A stretch of 64,000 nt of DNA from Gammaproteobacteria bacterium (GCA_965277405.1 OZ255726.1:1280001-1344000); one strand, 5' to 3'. Positions 1 to 10,237 are shown, counted from the first letter of the stretch. The notes: generated from the sequence alone by a model not told the origin. Numbers and translations are program-made.

Positions 1-1152
1 ATCAGCAATTCGTATAATTAATTGACCAAGCACAGCTGGGCGGATCGGAATACTAGCAATGTCTATGCTGGCGAGCGAATGCTTATTCATCAATCCTAGA
101 ATCTCTGCTATTACCCAGCTAGCGCTCAGTTGTGGTTGAGTGCTATGGGCAACCACTGCTTCAAAATATGCGGCTATTTCAGGTGCTGCGGTTATCGTCA
201 CCGCATCAGCTAAGCGGATGTTAAGTTCTCGACAATATCGCTGCGCTTTAGCACGCGGCAATTCAATTATTTGCTCCCTAATTGCTGATAAATACGCATC
301 AGTCAGTGGTATTGGCAATAAATCAGGATCAGGGAAATACCGATAATCATTGGCTTCTTCTTTGCTGCGCATTGACTGGGTAATGTCGCGGTTTGGATCA
401 AACAGACGGGTTTCTTGGGTAATGCTTTTCCCTTGCTCAAGCAGCCGAATTTGTCTGTTGGCTTCCACAACTATCGCCCGTTCCACAAACCTATATGAGT
501 TGATATTTTTCAATTCTGTCCGCGTTGCTAAAATAGTTGCCCCTAGTGGACGCACTGAGACATTAGCATCACAACGCATTGACCCTTGTGATAAATCGCC
601 ATCACTGATATCTAAATAACGTACCAATGTATTGATTGCACGTAACGTAATCCCCGCTTCTGCTGCGCTGCGTAAGTCTGGGTCGGTAACAATTTCTAAT
701 AACGGTGTTCCGGCTCTGTTAAAGTCAACAGCAGATGCGCCGGCAATGGTATCGTGCACAAGTTTGCCGGCATCTTCTTCTAAATGCGCACGGGTAATCC
801 CTATGGTTTTTGTTGTGCCATCAGCTAAGTCGATGGTGATTGCTCCTTTACCAACTACTGGATGGGCAAACTGGCTGATTTGATACCCTTTCGACAAGTC
901 AGGATAAAAGTAGTTTTTGCGCGCAAACACATGGGTTTTTGGCAGTTCCGCGCCAATTGCCAAGCCAAAACGAATTGCCTTAGCAAGGACGGTCTGATTC
1001 AACACCGGCAACGTCCCAGGCATCCCCAAGTCAATCGCGCTCGCTTGACTATTCTGTGCTGCTCCCCAGCGGTGAGCGCTTGCAGAAAAGAGTTTGCTCT
1101 GTGTTGATAACTGTACGTGGATTTCAAGACCTATAACAATTTCCCAATTCAT
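1..1152 (-). CDS. gatB: Asp-tRNA(Asn)/Glu-tRNA(Gln) amidotransferase subunit B, 3' end outside window
   Basis: Not in the ORF track because it has no stop in the window. The minus strand from 1152 reads MNWEIVIGLEIHVQLSTQSKLFS, then RKNYFYPDLSKGYQISQ, RAHLEEDAGK, DFNRAGTPLLEIVTDPD and YRYFPDPDL. Its ATG overlaps the gatA stop (TGATG). Confidence 0.95.
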   Translation of the reverse strand, partial: MNWEIVIGLEIHVQLSTQSKLFSASAHRWGAAQNSQASAIDLGMPGTLPVLNQTVLAKAIRFGLAIGAELPKTHVFARKNYFYPDLSKGYQISQFAHPVVGKGAITIDLADGTTKTIGITRAHLEEDAGKLVHDTIAGASAVDFNRAGTPLLEIVTDPDLRSAAEAGITLRAINTLVRYLDISDGDLSQGSMRCDANVSVRPLGATILATRTELKNINSYRFVERAIVVEANRQIRLLEQGKSITQETRLFDPNRDITQSMRSKEEANDYRYFPDPDLLPIPLTDAYLSAIREQIIELPRAKAQRYCRELNIRLADAVTITAAPEIAAYFEAVVAHSTQPQLSASWVIAEILGLMNKHSLASIDIASIPIRPAVLGQLIIRIAD

Positions 1153-2570
1153 CAACGTATCCCCATCGTCTCATCGCTTGGCACTTGGTCATGCCACACA
1201 GTTGCTCGCTGAAAGGCATCGACGACACGCAACAGCAGCGATTCATCAAAATAATTAGCCATTAATTGCATGCCAATTGGCATTTCATCGAGGGGTTGTA
1301 ATGGAAAAGCTAGCGCAGGTATCCCTGCCAAGTTTGCAGCAACTGTGTATAAATCTTGCTGGTACATGGTTACAGGATCACTTAATTGCCCAAGTTTTGG
1401 CGCAATACTCGGCGCGACAGGCGCCGCAATCACGTCTATTTGAGTAAACGCTGCAACGAAATCATTCTTGATTTTACGTCGCAGTTTTTGCGCATGCACA
1501 TAATATGCATCGTGATACCCGTGCGACAATACAAATGTCCCAAGCAAAATACGGCGTTGCAACTCTGCTCCAAATCCCTCTGACCGCGAGCGCATATACA
1601 TGTCTTCTAAACTTTGTGGGTCTGCGCAGCGATATCCATAGCGAATGCCATCGTACCGCGACATATTCGATGAGCATTCCGCCAGCGCTAACACATAGTA
1701 CGCAGGCAACGACGCTGCCATGCTCGCCAATTCGATTGGTAGCACCGTCGCCCCGAGTGTTTGCATCACGGTGATAGCTGCATCAATCCGTTGGCGAATT
1801 GCAGGGTCGAGCTGTTCATTAAAGAACTGCGACGGTATGCCAATTCTTACCCCAGCAATATCTCCTGTCAGCTGTTTGCTGTACGCATCAACAGCAACAG
1901 CGGCGCTGGTTGAATCGCGTGGATCATGCCCGGCGATACTCGCTAGCACTGGTGCAATATCTGCTGCGCTATGAGCAAAAATACCCGCTTGATCGAAACT
2001 CGAAGCAAAGGCAATCAGCCCCCAGCGTGATACTCGACCATACGTTGGCTTTAATGCAGATACGCCACAATACGCAGCAGGTAACCGCACCGAACCGCCT
2101 GTATCTGAGCCAATTGCTACTGGAACACAACCACTGCTAACTGATGCGGCGCAACCTCCAGACGAACCTCCAGCAACACGCGTTGGATCCCAAGGATTTT
2201 TACAAGCGCCAAAATAGCTATTCTCATTCGTTGAACCCATGGCAAATTCATCCATATTTGCCTTACCAACTATCACAGTATTTGCTGCTGCTAACCGCTC
2301 AACCACATGTGCATCATACGCTGGAACAAAATGTTCAAGCATTTTAGAACCGCATGTTGTAGCTATCCCAGCGGTACAAAAAATATCTTTTAAGGCAATC
2401 GGCACGCCTGCAATACCATTACCATAGGCAATTGGTTGTGCGTCAGCATTTAAAGAAATGAATGCATTTAATAATTGATTTACCTGATGGCAACGTTGCT
2501 GAACGCCACGCCAAGCATCAGCCTCACCATGGCGTTGCGCCAGTGCTCTAAATTTTGCAATCGTTGCCAT
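1152..2570 (-). CDS. gatA: Asp-tRNA(Asn)/Glu-tRNA(Gln) amidotransferase subunit A
   Basis: Amidase signature (GKANMDEFAMGS, GGSSGG, GSDTGGSVRLPAAYCG, RYDGIRYG). Start moved to ATG 2570 (SD AAGGAG upstream) because the ORF-track extension runs into a MITE. Confidence 0.95.
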   Translation of the reverse strand: MATIAKFRALAQRHGEADAWRGVQQRCHQVNQLLNAFISLNADAQPIAYGNGIAGVPIALKDIFCTAGIATTCGSKMLEHFVPAYDAHVVERLAAANTVIVGKANMDEFAMGSTNENSYFGACKNPWDPTRVAGGSSGGCAASVSSGCVPVAIGSDTGGSVRLPAAYCGVSALKPTYGRVSRWGLIAFASSFDQAGIFAHSAADIAPVLASIAGHDPRDSTSAAVAVDAYSKQLTGDIAGVRIGIPSQFFNEQLDPAIRQRIDAAITVMQTLGATVLPIELASMAASLPAYYVLALAECSSNMSRYDGIRYGYRCADPQSLEDMYMRSRSEGFGAELQRRILLGTFVLSHGYHDAYYVHAQKLRRKIKNDFVAAFTQIDVIAAPVAPSIAPKLGQLSDPVTMYQQDLYTVAANLAGIPALAFPLQPLDEMPIGMQLMANYFDESLLLRVVDAFQRATVWHDQVPSDETMGIR

Positions 2571-2596
2571 ATATGTTTTTATCTCCTTTGAATTAG

Positions 2597-2883
2597 GGAA
2601 CCTCTGATTAAGTCGCTGATGGAGCGAGTTTGCCTGCAATTGCTGATGATTGCAAGGCGCAAACCGCTGAGCGCATGCCGAGCTATACGCCAAGGGATGC
2701 AACACAGAAAGAGTAAGCAATTGCAGCAAACTCAAAGTATAATCAACAGATGGACGGGAAAAAAAGCTGCGCTAACGTCGTTGCAGCACTAGATAATACC
2801 ACCAGTATTATCTGCGCACTGCGTCTAGTTATCATCAGCGTTTTTTCTCCGTCTCGCCCATCATGGACTTAATCAGAGCTTCC
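2597..2883 (+). mobile_element. IS5-end MITE, full-length copy (287 bp)
   Basis: Terminal inverted repeats GGAACCTCTGATTAAGTC / GACTTAATCAGAGCTTCC. TTAG direct repeat on both sides (2593-2596, 2884-2887). No transposase. Homologous copies occur elsewhere in the window. Confidence 0.9.
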
Positions 2884-2927
2884 TTAGTAGAAAATACTGC
2901 AATATTCGATGCTACAACATACATAGG

Positions 2928-3518
2928 TTACTGCGGATTTTTATCAGGTCCTTTATACCGTTCAACAATGCTATCTACATCCTTGCGCACCAGCAAATCT
3001 CTTGCTCTGTTCATAGCTGATCGTGCGGAGAACGGCCCTAACCGAGTGCGATACCATACGGCTTTATTGCTATCCGTATACGTTGCTAATCCAACTCGCT
3101 GAATGCCGTGTAGAATTAACCAAAGCCGCAGTTTCTCTGCCTCTTGCTTGGTTCCCATTAATTCTGTTCGCAACCAATACTGGTAATTTGAGGCAATTCC
3201 TGATTCAATATCAACTGTTGTATCAAGTAATGGTTGTTGCAGTTCCTCATAAAACTCAAATCGCTCTTGTCGTTTTTCTGGGATATCAATTGGTTGTTGC
3301 CGCACTATTTTTTCTGGCTTTTTTTCTAGTATTATTGGTGGCGGCTTGGGTTGCTGTTGCGGCTTAGCAAGCTGTTGCATCACCACATATACAACTAAGG
3401 TAATTGCTAATATCCAACCGCTGATCGTCAAAATATATTTTGACCATGGCTCTTTTGGTTGTTGCCCAGGAGGTGGCGTTGCTTCTTCCTCAAGATGAAT
3501 ATTGGCATAATCTTTCAT
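2928..3518 (-). CDS. SPOR-domain cell division protein (FtsN-like)
   Basis: Single TM helix, Pro/Gln linker, RFEFYEEL motif, C-terminal SPOR-like segment (WYRTRLGPF). Lies downstream of argS, as in many Gammaproteobacteria. Confidence 0.75.
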   Translation of the reverse strand: MKDYANIHLEEEATPPPGQQPKEPWSKYILTISGWILAITLVVYVVMQQLAKPQQQPKPPPIILEKKPEKIVRQQPIDIPEKRQERFEFYEELQQPLLDTTVDIESGIASNYQYWLRTELMGTKQEAEKLRLWLILHGIQRVGLATYTDSNKAVWYRTRLGPFSARSAMNRARDLLVRKDVDSIVERYKGPDKNPQ

Positions 3519-3541
3519 ATATACGACAGCAACCTCTGATA

Positions 3542-5266
3542 CTACATTTTGTCTGACGCGGTGATATTCAGCAACTCTAAGCCGTTCGCAATCACTTGCT
3601 TGCATGCCACGCACAACAACAGCCTGCTTACGCGTAATTGCTCATCTGCTTCATGCAGTACAGGAATATTGGCATACCAGCCATGAAACGATGCCGCTAA
3701 ATCACGCAAATATAATGGAATACGGTGTGGCTCGCGGGCGCTCGCACTTTTTTCGATAACCTGTGAAAAACGCTGAATATTGCGCAATACTGCGGTGCTG
3801 TATGTATCGGTAAGCGGTTGAGATGATGTGGCAATATTTGCCATATCAGCAGCAGAGGCTTTTGCCAGCAATTGCGCAGCACGGGCGTGCGCATACTGCA
3901 CATAATACAGAGGGTTATCATTGCTTTGGCTCACAGCTAAATCTAAATCAAAATCCAGATGTTGATCACTGCGTCTAAGTAAATAAAAAAACCGAGCAGC
4001 TGCGCATGATGTTTGCGTGATCAACTCTTGCAAACTGACAAATTCGCCACGTCGCGTCGACATCGATACTTTTTTGCCATCTTTAATCAAATTAGCAAAC
4101 TGGACAACCACCACCTCAAAGGCAGCTACGTTCAAACCGAGCGCTTGAATAGCAGCGCGTAGCCGTGCGATATAGCCATGATGGTCTGCGCCAAAAACAT
4201 TTATTATTTCATCGTAGTTACGGTCAAATTTATTGACATGGTAGGCAATATCAACCGCAAAATAGGTATAACTGCCATTGCTGCGTTTGAGAACTCTATC
4301 TTTGTCATCACCAAATTGGCTGGAACGTAGCCACTGCGCTCCGTAGTGCTCGTATACCAAATCAAGTCCATCAAGCCGCGCGATAACCGCAGCCACCTGA
4401 TCGGCATCTGTCTGCACCAGGCTTGATTCATGAAACCAATGCTGGAAGTCAACGCCAAACGCAGCCAAATCAGCGCGGATGAGTTGTAGGTTTGCAGCAG
4501 CAACCATAGCACTCACTGGTTGATACTCTGCACCAATATCGCGTTTCAACGCGACGATGGCCGCATCGATGGCGCTATCGTCAATTTTTTCTGCAGTTAG
4601 CGGTGTCGGGCGCACCAAGCCATCACCATATTGTTGCCGCAACTGTAGCGCCACGTCTGCAACGTATGCTCCTTGATACAGTCCTGCGGCAATTTGTTGC
4701 TTGGAGTCATACAGTTGTAGATAGCGCAACCAGGCAGAAAGTGTGAGAATATCCATCTGACGTCCAGCATCATTGACATAGTATTCGCGTGCTACGCAAT
4801 ACCCTGCTGCTGTCATTACATTGGCAAGCGTTGCCCCATATGCCGCACCACGCCCGTGGCCAACATGCAGCGGTCCTGTGGGGTTTGCTGAAACAAATTC
4901 TATCAATGCCCGCTTCCCAGCATGTTGGCTATTCCTGCCATAGGCAGTAGCTAGTTGTCTGACTTGGTGCAACACCGCAAATTGCTGTGCTGTGCATAGA
5001 TAGAAATTGAGGAATCCAGCGCCTGCAACCTCAATCTTTTGTATATCAGGACTGCTGATTGCCTGCGCAAGTAACTTGGCAATCTGCCGTGGTGCCATCT
5101 GCCATGACTTTGCAAGTTGCAAGGCGATATTGCACGAAAAATCCCCATGAAATTGGTTTTTTGGAGTTTCTATATGTATCTCAAGCGCAACAACTGGTTT
5201 TGCATGCGCGATAGCAATGGTATTCAGCGCTACGCTAACATCTGCGGTCAATTGACATTTATCCAT
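3542..5266 (-). CDS. argS: Arginine--tRNA ligase
   Basis: IEFVSANPTGPLHVGHGRGAAYG (HIGH motif), EYYVNDAGRQ, GADHHGY, MSTRRG, YYVQYAHAR. Confidence 0.97.
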   Translation of the reverse strand: MDKCQLTADVSVALNTIAIAHAKPVVALEIHIETPKNQFHGDFSCNIALQLAKSWQMAPRQIAKLLAQAISSPDIQKIEVAGAGFLNFYLCTAQQFAVLHQVRQLATAYGRNSQHAGKRALIEFVSANPTGPLHVGHGRGAAYGATLANVMTAAGYCVAREYYVNDAGRQMDILTLSAWLRYLQLYDSKQQIAAGLYQGAYVADVALQLRQQYGDGLVRPTPLTAEKIDDSAIDAAIVALKRDIGAEYQPVSAMVAAANLQLIRADLAAFGVDFQHWFHESSLVQTDADQVAAVIARLDGLDLVYEHYGAQWLRSSQFGDDKDRVLKRSNGSYTYFAVDIAYHVNKFDRNYDEIINVFGADHHGYIARLRAAIQALGLNVAAFEVVVVQFANLIKDGKKVSMSTRRGEFVSLQELITQTSCAAARFFYLLRRSDQHLDFDLDLAVSQSNDNPLYYVQYAHARAAQLLAKASAADMANIATSSQPLTDTYSTAVLRNIQRFSQVIEKSASAREPHRIPLYLRDLAASFHGWYANIPVLHEADEQLRVSRLLLCVACKQVIANGLELLNITASDKM

Positions 5267-5269
5267 TTC

Positions 5270-6649
5270 CTAAATGTCAAACCATGCGTTCACACGTTGT
5301 ACAAATTGCTCTTGATCCAGCTGACCTGCCAGCAACAACAGATAGAAATACTTATTCACAAAATTGTATCGTGCCAACAGCCGTTTATTACTCACATCAA
5401 AATATTGTTCTTGTGCTGTCAACAAATCAAGTTGGTCGCGGGTGCCGCTCAACACTGACAGCCGCATCAGCTCAACTCGATCACGCTTTGCTTGAATACC
5501 CATTTCGAGTGATCGTATTTGGATCAACGCCAGCTGCATATCATCATATGTCTGATACACTCCGCGTTTTTTTTGCAGTTTTTGCTCAGCAATGCCTACC
5601 GAAGTTGATTGATACGAATACTCTGCTTGCTGTATTGCAGCTGTCGTCGCCCCGCCTGTGTACAAAGGGTAGGTAACAGTAATTCCTACAGTACTCTGAA
5701 ATTGTTGCGCAACAGCAGTGTTTGGATTATACAGCTGTGACACGCCAGCTGTTAGTTGTACCCGCATGCTATTTTTGCTCTCAGCAATGGCTATTTTTTT
5801 GTTGGCAACAGCGAAATCCAATTGTAGTAATTGCATTATATAGCCATGATTGATGGCTTGATCAACCCAATACTCTTTGCTGTTGACTGGCATCACATAC
5901 ACAGCACCTTGACGCAAAGCTATTACCTCGACGGTACTCATACCAACCATATCTTCGAGGAAAATAAGTGCTTGATCATACAAGAACTCCTGCTCGTGTT
6001 TTTTTGCACTAACTGCCGCTAACTCTGCTTGCGTTGCTAACACATCTAGCTTGGTGCGTGTTCCAGCTTGAAACTGCTCGCGTGTTTGTCTGTCAATTGT
6101 TGCTAGCTGATTGATTTGTGTCTCTAATAAACTAATGACATCTTGCAATTGCAGCACTGCCAGATACGCACTTGCCAAGTAATAGTGGAAGAGTTGATAT
6201 TGATACGCAACATTCTTCTGTGCCTGCAAATACGTGGTATGAGCAACGCTAACTTCTTGACTCGTGCCAGCATTATATAAATCATATTGCCCATCAACAG
6301 CAATTCTTGTTGATTGCGTATGCAATGGATTGCGCTGCTGGTCTTGCTTTGCCTTCCATGTATAACTATGGCTCACAGATGCAGCTAGTGTTGGTTTAGT
6401 TTTACTCAAAACAGCATCAATAGCGCTTTTTGCTGTTTTTTGCGCTAATACAGACTGTTGAATTGACTCACTTGACTGGTAGCCACTCTGCAAGGCTGCC
6501 GCAAGATCCAAGGCAAAAATGCTTGTCGATAATGGCAGTGCTACGAGGAATGCGAAGGCGCTTTTTGTCGCGCAATGTTTACTGAGCAAGTGCCAGCAAC
6601 AGAAAAATTTATTGTATAACATAAGGGCTTCACAGTGGTAGAACTTCAT
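5270..6649 (-). CDS. TolC-family outer membrane efflux protein
   Basis: Two OEP-like repeats (GTRTKLDVL / GTRDQLDLL, YPLYTGG, LLLAGQL). Start codon uncertain. Confidence 0.8.
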   Translation of the reverse strand: MKFYHCEALMLYNKFFCCWHLLSKHCATKSAFAFLVALPLSTSIFALDLAAALQSGYQSSESIQQSVLAQKTAKSAIDAVLSKTKPTLAASVSHSYTWKAKQDQQRNPLHTQSTRIAVDGQYDLYNAGTSQEVSVAHTTYLQAQKNVAYQYQLFHYYLASAYLAVLQLQDVISLLETQINQLATIDRQTREQFQAGTRTKLDVLATQAELAAVSAKKHEQEFLYDQALIFLEDMVGMSTVEVIALRQGAVYVMPVNSKEYWVDQAINHGYIMQLLQLDFAVANKKIAIAESKNSMRVQLTAGVSQLYNPNTAVAQQFQSTVGITVTYPLYTGGATTAAIQQAEYSYQSTSVGIAEQKLQKKRGVYQTYDDMQLALIQIRSLEMGIQAKRDRVELMRLSVLSGTRDQLDLLTAQEQYFDVSNKRLLARYNFVNKYFYLLLLAGQLDQEQFVQRVNAWFDI

Positions 6650-6729
6650 TCAGCACATACTATTGTACTTGTACGCTACAGTCGCAAGTATTTGCAATAA
6701 GAAAGTGTTTATATCACCACCATTTATTC

Positions 6730-8643
6730 ATGCTCAAAACCTTTAATACCATTCCATCACAACGCCCGATAACGGCACTCCTTGACAGCGTGAGCACACC
6801 AAAAGATATCAAGAATTTTTCGCACGAACAACTTATTGAATTAGCCAATCAACTCCGTGAGTTTTTATTGTTTTCTGTTGGTCAATCTGGTGGTCATTTT
6901 GGTGCTGGTTTAGGTGTTATAGAGCTCACCGTCTGCTTGCATTATCTGCTTGATACGCCGCATGACAAATTGATTTGGGACGTAGGTCATCAGGCTTATC
7001 CGCATAAGATATTGACGGGCCGTCGTCAGCTTTTGCCAACGATTCGTCAACAGGGCGGGCTTTCCCCTTTTCCAAAACGCAGCGAAAGTCAATACGATGC
7101 GTTTGGTGTCGGGCATTCTAGTACGTCTATTAGCGCTGCATTAGGGATGGCGACTGGCTTGCAGCAGCAGCAAAAAAACAACAAAATTGTTGCGGTGATT
7201 GGTGATGGTGCACTTACCGCAGGAATGGCGTTTGAAGCGCTTAATCATGCTGGTGCAATCCATGCCAATATATTAATAATTTATAACGACAATGACATGT
7301 CAATTTCATTGAACGTTGGGGCGTTATCCAAAATATCTGCAAATTTCTTTTCTGGGAACATTTACACACGAACGCGTTTAGGGTTGAAAAAAATACTCAG
7401 CTATACCCCTATATTGCTCGATATTGCCAAACGTTTTGAAGCTCATACCAAAGGGTTTGTTGTCCCTCCTTCGTCGTTGTTCGAAGCTTTTGGCATTAAT
7501 TATATTGGGCCAATAGACGGTCATAATATTGCTATGCTGACAAATACCATTCGCAACTTACTTGCGCTGGAAGGCCCGCAGGTTTTGCATATTCGCACTG
7601 TCAAAGGCAAAGGCTTTATCCCAGCTGAAAATAATCCGATTGGCTACCATGCTCTCAATAAAATATTAAAAAAACCACTACAGCAGCCAATTGCAATTCG
7701 TAAGAAATATTCGCAAATATTTGGTGAATGGGCCGTTGATATGGCAGCTGTGGATCAAAAACTGCATGTGATCACTCCTGCAATGGTTGAAGGCTCTGGT
7801 CTTGTTGAATTTGCCAAAAAATTTCCAAATCGCTGCCATGATGTTGGGATAGCAGAACAACATGCAGTCACCTTTGCCGCAGGGCTTGCAGGTGTCCAAC
7901 ATAAGCCGATTGTGGCTATTTATTCAACTTTTTTGCAACGAGCGTATGATCAGGTAATCCATGATGTATGTTTACAGAACCTCGATGTCACTTTTGCAAT
8001 TGATCGTGCTGGCTTTGTTGGTGAAGATGGTCCATCGCACGCTGGCAGTTTTGATATAGCATTCTTACGCTGCATCCCCAATATGGTAATTATGTGCCCT
8101 AAAGATGAGCGGCAATGCAGGCAAATGCTGTCTACTGCGTATGCATTCACAGGCCCTGCTGCTGTGCGTTATCCGCGCGGAGAAGGTTCTGGTATACACA
8201 CATGCAACAATCTTGACCCTTGGCCAATGACCACAAGTGAAGTAATCTATCAGCTAGATAGTATTGATATTGCCCTGCACTCTGGTGTTATTTATGCTTT
8301 TGGTACTCTCTGTGCAGCAGCGCAAATTATTGGTAAAAAGCTTGGATACCTTGTCATTAATATGTGCTTTGTCAAACCACTTGATACCGATATTCTTGAT
8401 GCAACTATAGATGTCGCCAACAAAGTAACAATCGAAGAAGGCTGCAAATTTGGCGGCGCAGGCTCGGCAATAAATGAATATTTTCTTACGCAAGGTCAAC
8501 GCCTGCACATATGCAACCTTGGCATTGAAGATGAATATATCGAACATGGCAGCCGCAGTTTTCAACTGCAACATGCCGGTTTAACGGCTGAAAAAATGGC
8601 AGCGCGCATTGCAATGTTTTTTGGCAGTAATGAAGCAACGTAG
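6730..8643 (+). CDS. dxs: 1-deoxy-D-xylulose-5-phosphate synthase
   Basis: GGHFGAGLG, WDVGHQAYPHKILTGR, GDGALTAGMAFEALNHAG, VGIAEQHAV, DRAGFVGEDG. Confidence 0.97.
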   Translation: MLKTFNTIPSQRPITALLDSVSTPKDIKNFSHEQLIELANQLREFLLFSVGQSGGHFGAGLGVIELTVCLHYLLDTPHDKLIWDVGHQAYPHKILTGRRQLLPTIRQQGGLSPFPKRSESQYDAFGVGHSSTSISAALGMATGLQQQQKNNKIVAVIGDGALTAGMAFEALNHAGAIHANILIIYNDNDMSISLNVGALSKISANFFSGNIYTRTRLGLKKILSYTPILLDIAKRFEAHTKGFVVPPSSLFEAFGINYIGPIDGHNIAMLTNTIRNLLALEGPQVLHIRTVKGKGFIPAENNPIGYHALNKILKKPLQQPIAIRKKYSQIFGEWAVDMAAVDQKLHVITPAMVEGSGLVEFAKKFPNRCHDVGIAEQHAVTFAAGLAGVQHKPIVAIYSTFLQRAYDQVIHDVCLQNLDVTFAIDRAGFVGEDGPSHAGSFDIAFLRCIPNMVIMCPKDERQCRQMLSTAYAFTGPAAVRYPRGEGSGIHTCNNLDPWPMTTSEVIYQLDSIDIALHSGVIYAFGTLCAAAQIIGKKLGYLVINMCFVKPLDTDILDATIDVANKVTIEEGCKFGGAGSAINEYFLTQGQRLHICNLGIEDEYIEHGSRSFQLQHAGLTAEKMAARIAMFFGSNEAT

Positions 8644-10030
8644 CCTATTAACCACAACGGTTTTTGCATCAATCTGTGCGGTAATTTTGATTGTAAGCGT
8701 AATTGCAATTTATCAAAGCTGGCATAACAGCCTCGTCAATACTCCACAATATTCCACGCGTTTTGGCTTTACCAATCAAAGCCAAATAGTCAATAATAAT
8801 ACTATTCGCCATATTGGATTATCCCAAGCATTTACATTCAGCAATCAAGTTTCTCACGATTGGAGTAGCGTTGCATTTGTCCGTAACTCCAATCTTTTAC
8901 AAGCATTGGTTGACATGCAAATAGACATTGCGATTACACCATGTTCGACTGTTTTTGCTAACAATGATGCACTCATTCCAATACCTGCAAAGCAGGCTAA
9001 TACGTACCATTTCATTCACTCTGGGGCAACCCAACCAATTTCATTTGCCAATCTAAGCGCTGATCAGTTAACTATATTCCCAGAATTATTACCAAAAGCT
9101 GTGATAAATGAAATACAGGAGAACATCGCGTTATATAACCTTGAGGAACAGTCGTTGCCAATCGCCGAGCTGTCCAATTACATATCTCAGCTCGCAGGTA
9201 GCGGCAAAGTAACAATACTCAGCAGTATTGATTTTTATATGTTACAGCATCAGTTTTCTAGTCTCAGACGCGGAACAGCACTGCATGCTGTTTCTTATCC
9301 AACGTGGTGGGTTACCAAAAACAACATCCTACTCGCTGAGCAAATTAATACCTTCGCAAAACAAATGCCTTTATTCATTTCTAAGCAAAATGTGTCGCCG
9401 TCGTTCTTGAGTAATGCTCGAACAAGATTGCCGACTTATATTGATTTATTTCATACCGCAGCACAGCAATACAGTTTCCCTTGGCAGTTAATTGCGGCAA
9501 TAAGCTATCAGGAATCTCATTGGAATAAAGACGCAGTTTCACCCACAGGAGTTCGCGGTCTGATGATGCTAACTCAGGCAACAGCAGCAGATATTGGGAT
9601 AACAGACCGAACTAACCCAACCCAAAGCGTTTTCGGTGGCACTTATTATCTCAATGACCTTTTTTTACGCCTACCTGCATCAATTCATGATGACGATAGG
9701 ACGCGGTTTGCGCTAGCTGCATATAATATTGGAATGGGTCATTTAGAGGATGCCAGAGTGATTGCCCAAGCACGAGGACAAGACCCAAACTCCTGGCAGG
9801 CCGTACGGCAAACACTGCCGTTGCTTGAAAACCCAAATTGGTACAGCTACAGTAAATTTGGCTATGCCCGTGGCAATGAGCCCGTGCAATATATAGCAAG
9901 AATTGAACAGTATTTTTTATTTCTTATGCAACTCCACGCTACGATTGATGATACCGTCGGTATACTTGCCCCCCAACCTCAATTTAACATCACCAATGCG
10001 CTTACTTCATTATCAAATATACGTTGGTGA
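8630..10030 (+). CDS. mltF: Membrane-bound lytic murein transglycosylase F-like protein
   Basis: C-terminal SLT domain with MltF motifs (AISYQESHW, SPTGVRGLMMLT, ALAAYNIGMGHLEDAR, GYARGNEPVQY). The N-terminal half is divergent. Confidence 0.8.
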   Translation: MKQRSLLTTTVFASICAVILIVSVIAIYQSWHNSLVNTPQYSTRFGFTNQSQIVNNNTIRHIGLSQAFTFSNQVSHDWSSVAFVRNSNLLQALVDMQIDIAITPCSTVFANNDALIPIPAKQANTYHFIHSGATQPISFANLSADQLTIFPELLPKAVINEIQENIALYNLEEQSLPIAELSNYISQLAGSGKVTILSSIDFYMLQHQFSSLRRGTALHAVSYPTWWVTKNNILLAEQINTFAKQMPLFISKQNVSPSFLSNARTRLPTYIDLFHTAAQQYSFPWQLIAAISYQESHWNKDAVSPTGVRGLMMLTQATAADIGITDRTNPTQSVFGGTYYLNDLFLRLPASIHDDDRTRFALAAYNIGMGHLEDARVIAQARGQDPNSWQAVRQTLPLLENPNWYSYSKFGYARGNEPVQYIARIEQYFLFLMQLHATIDDTVGILAPQPQFNITNALTSLSNIRW

Positions 10031-10032
10031 GC

Positions 10033-10227
10033 ATGGATATTCCTGAAAACTGTCAATCATTTTTTATTGCTGGGGCGCAGTGCACCCAATGCAAAGCAAT
10101 TGATACCACAAAATTAGTCTGTGATGCCGATAAAAATGTGTTGGCTACATTTTGCATTGAATGTGGCTTTGTCCATGACAACTCTATCGTATCATCAGTA
10201 ATCGCAACATCGCATACCATTCAATAG
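10033..10227 (+). CDS. YheV-family (DUF2387) zinc-ribbon protein
   Basis: FIAGAQCTQC...CIECG matches the YheV FIAGAxCPxC...CVxCG pattern. Confidence 0.75.
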   Translation: MDIPENCQSFFIAGAQCTQCKAIDTTKLVCDADKNVLATFCIECGFVHDNSIVSSVIATSHTIQ

Positions 10228-10237
10228 CGCCGCATAC

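Noticed and set aside
2571-2735. 55-aa N-terminal extension of GatA in the ORF track
   Set aside because: It is mostly MITE sequence read in an open frame. A good SD precedes ATG 2570.
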